A stretch of 64,000 bases of DNA, taken from positions 124,001 to 188,000 of the IMG/VR virus record IMGVR_UViG_3300044625_001067. The stretch is one strand, 5' to 3'. Shown here piece by piece: positions 15,460-21,738 of the stretch; position 1 is the first letter of the stretch, and every line of letters starts with the position of its first letter. The notes beneath the pieces were generated by a model that was not told the origin of the DNA, searched no databases, and worked only from the letters and a program-made list of their open reading frames with translations. A program made the translations under genes and the position numbers.

Positions 15460-15496
15460 GTTTTCTGCGAAAAACAGAGAGTTTGCTTAAGCAAAG

Positions 15497-15569
15497 TAGG
15501 AATGACAGGATTCGAACCTGTGTATCTCGGTAATCGGCCGAAGGTATTAGGCCACTATACGACATTCTC
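15497..15569 (-). tRNA. trnI: atypical tRNA-Ile (GAT), C33/U37
   Basis: Loop CC-GAT-TA, weak acceptor end. Confidence 0.7.
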
Positions 15570-15630
15570 AGAAAACGAGCAGTTACGTATGATGCTCAGC
15601 ACAGGTTCCCCAGCAAAAGGGCTGAGAGGA

Positions 15631-15702
15631 TGGGAGCACTCGGGAACGACCCGAGGGCCTTTTCCGTGTCAAAGAAACGCTCTACCACTGAGCTATGCTC
15701 CC
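15631..15702 (-). tRNA. trnV: tRNA-Val (GAC), atypical T loop GTCGTTC
   Basis: GGGAGCA/TGCTCCC, loop TT-GAC-AC. Confidence 0.87.
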
Positions 15703-15813
15703 AACCGGAGCAGTCACGCTCCGTACCTAGTTTCCTATAATTGCCTACTCGTGTCATCGCGGAAGTTGACGAAACTTCTAGAACTTTCGGCTCAAGTGGT
15801 GTTAGGCACCTGA

Positions 15814-15968
15814 TTAAAGTGGAGAGACTCGAACTCCCATAGCAGGATTACGTCTAGCTGTCACCTGCACGGTGGTTGCAACCATGAGCTAGGAGGTTGC
15901 TATTTGTTCACAACCCCATCCGTATTGGCTGAATCCACACCGCCGTATACCAATTCCGGCACACTTTG
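15814..15968 (-). ncRNA. tRNA-like RNA C (Leu-type body, expanded anticodon and variable arms)
   Basis: AAAGTG/CACTTT acceptor, Leu-type D arm CCG-GAATTGGTATA-CGG, T arm GGGAG-TTCGAGT-CTCTC, ~65-nt insert closed by GGTG/CACC, GCAGG/CCTGC variable stem. Confidence 0.78.
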
Positions 15969-16027
15969 TTCTTAGCGTTTGAGGAGAACCTGAAGTAGGT
16001 CCCTCTTCTTTCTCTCTGTAAGAGAAA

Positions 16028-16100
16028 CTGGAGTGGGAGGGTTCGAACCTCCAACGAAGCGGTTAACAGCCGCACGATCTGCCAATTGATCTACACCCCA
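16028..16100 (-). tRNA. trnN: tRNA-Asn (GTT)
   Basis: TGGGGTG/CACTCCA, loop CT-GTT-AA. Confidence 0.92.
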
Positions 16101-16252
16101 TTGAGCCCTGCATTACGGCAGAGGGTACTAAGAAGCACTCCGGGGTCGCGAGCGTCCCCATACGAGTAGGAATCGTTACTGAAACCGGTTATTACTGTCC
16201 CTTAAGTTGCAAACCGACAACCTCGCTTAAGGAATTTTCGCGAGTGCGAAAA

Positions 16253-16325
16253 TGGAGACAATCGGAATTGAACCGATCACAAGTCGCTTGCGAAGCGTCC
16301 TCGCCACCCTGGAACATGTGCCCCC
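16253..16325 (-). tRNA. trnA: tRNA-Ala (CGC), atypical D arm
   Basis: G3:U70, loop TT-CGC-AA. Confidence 0.8.
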
Positions 16326-16431
16326 GTTTTCCTATCGGAAAACAAAAGTTAGCCGATAGGGGACAGAGCGTCTCACCTCTGCGAGGAACGTTTCAGTTCG
16401 TTTTCCCCTTAGGGAAGTTGCCCGAAGGCAA

Positions 16432-16504
16432 TGGGTTTGGTGGGATTCGAACCCACAACATACCGGGTAAGAGCCGGTTACTCTGCCAATTGAGCTACAA
16501 ACCC
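16432..16504 (-). tRNA. trnK: tRNA-Lys (CTT)
   Basis: GGGTTTG/CAAACCC, loop CT-CTT-AC. Confidence 0.94.
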
Positions 16505-16567
16505 GAACCCCAAGTTTAGAAAGCACCATCGCAGGTACTTGGGCAACCTTTTTCGCTAACGCGAAAA

Positions 16568-16640
16568 TGGGAACGGCCTGATTTGAACAGGCGGCCTATC
16601 GGTTATCAACCGATTGCTCTTACCGCTGAGCTACGCTCCC
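16568..16640 (-). tRNA. trnI: tRNA-Ile (GAT)
   Basis: GGGAGCG/CGTTCCC, loop TT-GAT-AA. Confidence 0.93.
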
Positions 16641-16715
16641 TTGGTACTAAATTGTCAAGTTGCCCCCCGGAAACCGGGTCAGTAAGGAAAGCGGAAGCTT
16701 TCCAACCACCCCTTT

Positions 16716-16759
16716 AGTATAACCGGTTTTGCCGTAGGGCGAAAGGGCGGTTTACCGCC
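16716..16759 (-). promoter_or_regulatory. promoter cassette heading a tRNA operon
   Basis: Dyad GGCGGTTTACCGCC, TTTCGC-17-TATACT, conserved leader. Confidence 0.85.
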
Positions 16760-16817
16760 CCCTTCACCCCTGGTCAACATTGAAGTATTCACTCAGGAAT
16801 GCTTGCGTAAGCAAACA

Positions 16818-16892
16818 TGGCGAGAGGCAGGATTTGAACCTGCGATCTCCAGCTTATGAGACTGGCGAGATACCGGGCTTCTCCACTCCGCT
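16818..16892 (-). tRNA. trnM: tRNA-Met (CAT)
   Basis: Loop CT-CAT-AA; acceptor needs a 1-nt bulge. Confidence 0.82.
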
Positions 16893-16948
16893 ATAAAGAC
16901 CTAGTATTTCAGTTCGGTTTTCGTTTTACGAAAAATGCCCAAGGGCAA

Positions 16949-17056
16949 TGGGTATGGACAGGATTCGAACCTGCAATGCCAGAGGCGACTGCTGTACTTA
17001 CAGCCCACTATTCCCAAGAACCGTGTACACAATTCCTGCTTCAGTGAGACATACCC
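16949..17056 (-). ncRNA. tRNA-like RNA D (Tyr-derived, expanded D arm, 4-nt anticodon loop)
   Basis: GGGTATG/CATACCC acceptor, T arm GCAGG-TTCGAAT-CCTGT, long hairpin in the D position, GCTGT-AAGT-ACAGC arm, GCC-TCT-GGC variable arm. Confidence 0.72.
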
Positions 17057-17079
17057 GTGAAGTTTCCGATAGGAAACAA

Positions 17080-17162
17080 TGGGAGCGGTAGGATTCGAAC
17101 CTACGAAGCATTGAGCAACCGGGTTACAGCCGGTCTCCTTTGACCACTCGGAGAACACTCCC
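17080..17162 (-). tRNA. trnY: tRNA-Tyr (GTA)
   Basis: GGGAGTG/CGCTCCC, loop CT-GTA-AC. Confidence 0.93.
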
Positions 17163-17169
17163 ATTTTGC

Positions 17170-17358
17170 TCTGCAGACACTGCTTTGGGTTGAGCCACCC
17201 CCTACTTTGTATCTCTAAAGTAGTAAAATAGGTTCTTCTAATTGCGGTTTTAACCGCATAACGAGAGAAGTTTTTGGATTTCGAAGAAACCTTTGCACCC
17301 CTTAAACTACCCAAGCATGGAGCTCAGGGGCTGAGTCGAACAGCCATTTCTCTCTTTT
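17170..17358 (-). ncRNA. possible circularly permuted tRNA-like/tmRNA-like element
   Basis: Orphan T arm GGCTG-TTCGACT-CAGCC followed by ...GAGCTCCA; downstream GGGGTGCAAAGGTTTC and several hairpins. Confidence 0.35.
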
Positions 17359-17377
17359 ATTTTCGCGTGAGCGAAAA

Positions 17378-17458
17378 TGGGTCAGGTGGGACTCGAACCC
17401 ACGGTGTTTGTATATCCGGTTAAAAGCCGGGACCTGTCGCCGCTAAGGTAACTGACCC
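17378..17458 (-). tRNA. trnK: atypical tRNA-Lys (TTT) with 12-nt variable loop
   Basis: GGGTCAG/CTGACCC, loop CT-TTT-AA, variable TATACAAACACC. Confidence 0.8.
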
Positions 17459-17533
17459 ATGGTGTTAAATTGTCAAGTTGCCTCCCGCAAGAGCGGAAGC
17501 GAGGCGGAAGCCGAGCTTCCCAACCACCCCTTT

Positions 17534-17576
17534 ACTATAGCGTTTTTCACCGGGCAAGTAAAGCGGGGAAACCGCC
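17534..17576 (-). promoter_or_regulatory. promoter cassette heading a tRNA operon
   Basis: TTTACT-17-TATAGT, dyad, conserved leader. Confidence 0.85.
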
Positions 17577-17616
17577 CTCTTGAACCCCCAGTCGCAAGCT
17601 AGCTTAGCGCACCCTC

Positions 17617-17850
17617 TCAAAAGTAAACCTTTTTAAGGCTGTCGAATACTTCTGCAATCTCGGTGAATCCTAGATAGCGAACGAAGTCCACAAGGAGACC
17701 GTCGGCTTTCACGTGGTCACTCTTTATGTCCCCGATCGTATTTACTTCTTGACTCTCTCTAATCTGATTCAAGTCTTTCAGTGTCTGTTGGGCTTTGAGA
17801 AAGTTTTCAACTTTCTGCTCAATTAAGTAACGTTCGGTATGGTCTTCCAT
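17617..17850 (-). CDS. hypothetical protein
   Basis: 77 aa ORF. Confidence 0.7.
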   Translation of the reverse strand: MEDHTERYLIEQKVENFLKAQQTLKDLNQIRESQEVNTIGDIKSDHVKADGLLVDFVRYLGFTEIAEVFDSLKKVYF

Positions 17851-17884
17851 AATTCTCGCGTGGTTTGCGTAAAGTGAGTATAGG

Positions 17885-18040
17885 TCAGTAACCAGCTTTC
17901 TCTAGAGCTTCGCGTACCCTGTCGATTTCGTCGTCCCAAGCGTACATTCCATCTAAGCTGACTAGCCTTGCGGTCAAGGCATCAAAAGCCAGCAAAATCT
18001 CTTTGCTGTCACGTTCGTTAGCTTTGGTTTCGTTGGACAT
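17885..18040 (-). CDS. hypothetical protein
   Basis: ATG 18040 (MSNETKANE) downstream of promoter 18066. Confidence 0.6.
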   Translation of the reverse strand: MSNETKANERDSKEILLAFDALTARLVSLDGMYAWDDEIDRVREALEKAGY

Positions 18041-18065
18041 GGCGTTGACGGGTTTGACTGTGGTA

Positions 18066-18109
18066 ACTATAGCGGTTTTCACAGGGGAAGTAAAGCCGGG
18101 AAACCGCCC
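18066..18109 (-). promoter_or_regulatory. repeated promoter cassette
   Basis: TTTACT-17-TATAGT, dyad GCCGGGAAACCGCC. Confidence 0.85.
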
Positions 18110-18116
18110 TGCTAGC

Positions 18117-18518
18117 TCAGTTCCAGGGTGCAAACAATTCGCCGCTCCCGTACCCAGTTAGCGTATTCATTACTCGACCCCACCACGAGGTTCTTCGATT
18201 AAGGACTCTGCGTGCCTGGGCGTAAGAGACGGAGGGCACGGATACCTCCGTGACACCGTTGTTCGAGCGAAAGGAAACCCAGTGTCCCACCCACTTCCAA
18301 GGGCTAACCAGAACTGCGTCCCCGTTGCTGCCAAGGTAAGCACTCTCACAGAAGACTATATAAGAGTATTCTCCTACTTCTTCGCCTGTCTCAGGGTGAT
18401 TGAAGTGTGTGGTCACCGTAACCTGCTTGTCTGAGTGATTGTCAATCGAAAACAATGTAGTTTTCTCGATGAGCGAAGGTTTTGTGGAGAACATTGGTTT
18501 GCTTGTGTGTACTAACAA
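18117..18518 (-). CDS. hypothetical protein
   Basis: 133 aa ORF; alternative ATG at 18494. Confidence 0.7.
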   Translation of the reverse strand: MLVHTSKPMFSTKPSLIEKTTLFSIDNHSDKQVTVTTHFNHPETGEEVGEYSYIVFCESAYLGSNGDAVLVSPWKWVGHWVSFRSNNGVTEVSVPSVSYAQARRVLNRRTSWWGRVMNTLTGYGSGELFAPWN

Positions 18519-18524
18519 TGGAGG

Positions 18525-18713
18525 TTAGACTCCGAACTTAACCTTCTCAACTTCGAACCAGTCCCCGTCGTCTTCTGGAGGTTCATTCGGTAAGCCAAGG
18601 TTGAAGCCAGCTGTCAAAGCAGAGACCTCAGTTGAATGGGCAGAGACGAGTCGGCTTTTCCGAATGTCAAAGTCTCCCCATCTGAAAATTAGGAGGACGA
18701 AAATGTGGTCCAT
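18525..18713 (-). CDS. hypothetical protein
   Basis: ATG 18713 (MDHIFVLLIF) downstream of promoter 18740. Confidence 0.6.
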   Translation of the reverse strand: MDHIFVLLIFRWGDFDIRKSRLVSAHSTEVSALTAGFNLGLPNEPPEDDGDWFEVEKVKFGV

Positions 18714-18739
18714 TGTGAGCTGGTGATACTTGCCTTTAA

Positions 18740-18783
18740 AGTATACCGTGTCTGCCGAGCAGGAACAAGGGCGGGAAACCGCC
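18740..18783 (-). promoter_or_regulatory. repeated promoter cassette
   Basis: TTGTTC-17-TATACT, dyad GGCGGGAAACCGCC. Confidence 0.85.
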
Positions 18784-18819
18784 CTTAACGGGACTGTCAA
18801 CCCTACAACCCGTACAAGC

Positions 18820-19260
18820 TTACGGCATTGTGCGATTGAAAAAGTCGTAGCCAGGGTAGTCTCCTCCCCAACTGAAAAATTCGTAAGTGATGTCCTTAAA
18901 CTTCCGGGTACTCGCCAGCTTCTGGTCAATAGACCAGCCGTATTGAAGAAGATTGTAAAGGCTCCTGGCGAACCCTTGATGGAGTCTCAGGAGAAAAACT
19001 GCCTCGTCCGTTCCTTGAACCTTACGAACTTTCCACAGGGCTTTTAGTAGCTTTTCGCACGCCTCATAGAGAACTTTAAACCGTCTTTTCTTACCTACAG
19101 GAAAAATCTTGTACTTTTCGTAGTTTGCTTCCGCCTCAATTACGTCTGCGTGGGCAGTCTCAAAGTCTAGGTCGTTGTCAGCAACCATGAAGAAATTCCC
19201 TGAGACAATCCCACCAGAGCACTCTGTTGGCAGAGCGATGGTGTCGTAGTTGATTTTCAT
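18820..19260 (-). CDS. hypothetical protein
   Basis: ATG 19260 (MKINYDTIAL). Confidence 0.7.
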   Translation of the reverse strand: MKINYDTIALPTECSGGIVSGNFFMVADNDLDFETAHADVIEAEANYEKYKIFPVGKKRRFKVLYEACEKLLKALWKVRKVQGTDEAVFLLRLHQGFARSLYNLLQYGWSIDQKLASTRKFKDITYEFFSWGGDYPGYDFFNRTMP

Positions 19261-19305
19261 GGTTAAATTCGGAGTTTCCAGGGACAAGGTGTAAACTGAG
19301 TCGAG

Positions 19306-19476
19306 TTAAAGCATTGGGAGGGGTTTCAACAGGACCCCGTCGTACCCCTCATCGGTAAGCTCCTGCCGGTACGCTTCAGCGTCCCTCTTATGCACAAAAA
19401 GACGCAGACGGGAATCTTCGAAACCAAAGGAGTCAACAAACCCGTAAGGTTCGATCATTACCGCAAAAACTTCCAT
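19306..19476 (-). CDS. small hypothetical protein (56 aa)
   Basis: Manual translation MEVFAVMIEPYGF...KPLPML; directly after promoter 19515; below the ORF-track cutoff. Confidence 0.6.
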   Translation of the reverse strand: MEVFAVMIEPYGFVDSFGFEDSRLRLFVHKRDAEAYRQELTDEGYDGVLLKPLPML

Positions 19477-19514
19477 GTCCTTTTCCCTGAGGGGCGGTGT
19501 TGCCCTGTGTGTAT

Positions 19515-19579
19515 ATTATAGCGTTTCTGCCGAGCAAACCAAGCTGGAAAACCGCCTTATGGGGGTAGGGTTTACCGCC
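19515..19579 (-). promoter_or_regulatory. repeated promoter cassette (last minus-strand copy)
   Basis: TATAAT, TTGGTT (16-bp spacing), two dyads. Confidence 0.75.
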
Positions 19580-19592
19580 CTTTACGCAGTAA

Positions 19593-19888
19593 AGACCGCC
19601 CTCTTTACATGGAAACACGGAAGGCACTGTTGAGGCTCCAGTCACGAACGCCGAAGGAGACGATCTTGACGACTTGACGAGCTGGGGGAATACGACGGTG
19701 AGAAGGATGGGGTGTGGTCGGACCAGGACCCTAAGTTTGATGGGGTGAACGTTGAGTCCACACACTCCCTGGCGAAGCTACTCACATCAAGTGTTATGGA
19801 GCCTATCATGGAGATCATGTTCGGTTCTGACAACGTCATAGTTGCGACTCGTGCCGGATTTAGTGTAGACCAAGCGGACCACGACTGA
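19593..19888 (+). pseudogene. 5'-truncated, frameshifted remnant of a phage hypothetical gene
   Basis: Startless frames ...LHGNTEGTVEAPVTNAEGDDLDD and, shifted, LDELGEYDGEKDGVW...MFGSDNVIVATRAGFSVDQADHD*; protein-like acidic composition. Confidence 0.45.
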
Positions 19889-19904
19889 CTTGGTGAAGGG
19901 GTTG

Positions 19905-19969
19905 AACGGTTAACCCCCACCCTAGGGCGGTTTACCCCCCTTTGTTCTGCTCCACAGAAACGGTATAGT
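19905..19969 (+). promoter_or_regulatory. repeated promoter cassette (first plus-strand copy)
   Basis: Two dyads 21 bp apart, TTTGTT-17-TATAGT. Confidence 0.8.
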
Positions 19970-19993
19970 TAAAGGGTCAATCAGACAACGAAA

Positions 19994-20524
19994 ATGCTTA
20001 CCCAAACTGCTCAGCCCCTTAATAAGCAGCACGCTGGACAAATTCTCCTTCGTGCTACGCGATTCCTGACTGCACCCACCCTAAGCCCCCGACCCGACGG
20101 GTCTGTGAGAGATGTGGCACTCGACACCCGCTGGCTGGGGCGAGACCTTGTGCGTGAGGTCTTTCGGGGCCGAACTGCTGACGAAACGGATGGAAAGTAC
20201 GTGGACGTTGTTACGGACAACGGTAAAAGACTGCGAGTGTTCACTCGCGTCATTTCACGTAGAGCCGATAACGCACTGGTCGCTTGTGCGAACTCTGCTG
20301 AGATAAGCCCCATCAACTTCGCAACTGAAGCGGATAAGCCAGACTCAGTCTTGCTCGTTGCTGTAAACCCTCAGCGAAACACTGTTGACGTATTTGACTT
20401 CCCCCTTGAAGACCGAGGCGGGAAGAAAGTGACCAGGGAGACCTTGGCCGTGTCCTGGTCTGTGAAAAAACAGAATTACGGTAAGCACCAAGCAAAGCTC
20501 ACGTACAGCTACAAAGCTAACTGA
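19994..20524 (+). CDS. hypothetical protein
   Basis: 176 aa ORF after promoter. Confidence 0.8.
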   Translation: MLTQTAQPLNKQHAGQILLRATRFLTAPTLSPRPDGSVRDVALDTRWLGRDLVREVFRGRTADETDGKYVDVVTDNGKRLRVFTRVISRRADNALVACANSAEISPINFATEADKPDSVLLVAVNPQRNTVDVFDFPLEDRGGKKVTRETLAVSWSVKKQNYGKHQAKLTYSYKAN

Positions 20525-20560
20525 TCTGCTAGTCTCTAGCAGCACTTTCACCGGGCAAGT

Positions 20561-20626
20561 GACGGTTAACCGAACCTTTCGAGGACGGTTTCCCCGCTTG
20601 CCTTTTCAACCGTAAGACGCTATAGT
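20561..20626 (+). promoter_or_regulatory. repeated promoter cassette
   Basis: Two dyads 23 bp apart, TTGCCT-17-TATAGT. Confidence 0.85.
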
Positions 20627-20632
20627 AGGTGT

Positions 20633-21238
20633 ATGGAACTAAAATCAACCCTTTCTGAGTCGTTCTTTCACCGGTTCTGCCCAGATCCCACGGTGATGTA
20701 CGATCTTGGAGAGATTTACGCAGAATTTAACGCCCGCTACTTCACTGGGAACTTACCACTTCTTCCTTGTAAGATTCGGACAGACGAAAACGGAGAAACT
20801 TGGTCGCGATACGACACCCTAAAGTGGGATGGTCGCATGGGTCGCAGAATTCTTGGCACATACAAAACGTCTGCACGACGTGGGTTCGGAACAATTCGCC
20901 TCTCTCGCGTAATTGCAGGTGACCCTGTAAAAACACGAAGCGTCCTCCTGCACGAGATGCTTCACAAGTATCTTGATCTTGAGCGCCGAGACGACGGTAT
21001 TAAGGGTCACGGTGAAAATTTCGTATCCGAAGCAAAGAGAATCAACGAACTTTGTGAAAGCACCAGAGTTAAGCACCGCATTCAATTCTACGACGAAGAG
21101 ATCACACAAGATCAACCGTTCGTCATACCCGAGCTTTTGGATGACAAAGTTAATTGTAGCAAAGATCTAGACATTGCTCGAAACATGCAGTCTGTGATGA
21201 GGGCCGCGTTCTCACAAAAATTCGAGTACTTTCAGTGA
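20633..21238 (+). CDS. SprT-like zinc metalloprotease domain protein
   Basis: FNARYF...IRLS...VLLHEMLH...GHGENF SprT pattern. Confidence 0.8.
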   Translation: MELKSTLSESFFHRFCPDPTVMYDLGEIYAEFNARYFTGNLPLLPCKIRTDENGETWSRYDTLKWDGRMGRRILGTYKTSARRGFGTIRLSRVIAGDPVKTRSVLLHEMLHKYLDLERRDDGIKGHGENFVSEAKRINELCESTRVKHRIQFYDEEITQDQPFVIPELLDDKVNCSKDLDIARNMQSVMRAAFSQKFEYFQ

Positions 21239-21278
21239 TACCTTCGGGTCTCTTTTTATTTCAACCAAAACATGTACT

Positions 21279-21620
21279 ATGAGACCTAAACAAGAACAAT
21301 TGAACGAATGGGGAGAACGTTACTTCTGTGAAGACCAGTCTAAAACCGAACTTTTTGTGCAAGAGGTGGCAGAGTGGGTAGTCAAGGAAATTGCACAGGA
21401 GTTTGACAGGAAAGAACAAGCAGGTGCAAAAGGTTACGGGCCGAGTCTTCCCGCTAAGCTAGTACGACAGTTTGGTTCGCCATCTGGCCCAACACTCAAG
21501 CAGCTTTCCTTGCTTGCTCTAAACGAACTTGTGCCTGTCGAGGACAGGGAGAAAAGTTCATACAAGCTGCTGTTAACCGTTATTTCAACCTTGCCCGAGA
21601 CACCAACCAATACTCTTTAA
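21279..21620 (+). CDS. hypothetical protein
   Basis: 113 aa ORF. Confidence 0.7.
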   Translation: MRPKQEQLNEWGERYFCEDQSKTELFVQEVAEWVVKEIAQEFDRKEQAGAKGYGPSLPAKLVRQFGSPSGPTLKQLSLLALNELVPVEDREKSSYKLLLTVISTLPETPTNTL

Positions 21621-21738
21621 GAGTGTGTGATTGATGTTAATTAGTGACACCTTTTACTAGGGTCAACTCTTTTGTTCAGTCGCAAGAAAAAGAGCCAGTT
21701 AACATCGTTGGGTAATAATTCCTCCCGATCAACCAAAG

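Noticed and set aside
13882-15968. Group I or II introns inside tRNAs
   Set aside because: The inserts are only ~65-95 nt, lack recognisable catalytic core motifs, and removing them does not obviously restore a standard anticodon arm. Kept as tRNA-like RNAs pending RT-PCR.
9412-17314. ORF-track ORFs overlapping tRNAs (e.g. 9412..9603, 13816..14007, 16332..16529, 16901..17314, 10351..10629)
   Set aside because: They run through tRNA or ncRNA genes and lack protein-like composition; these are chance open frames.
19433-19920. Minus-strand ORFs 19433..19765 and 19642..19920
   Set aside because: They cross promoter cassettes and are the Ser-rich antisense shadow of a more protein-like plus-strand remnant.
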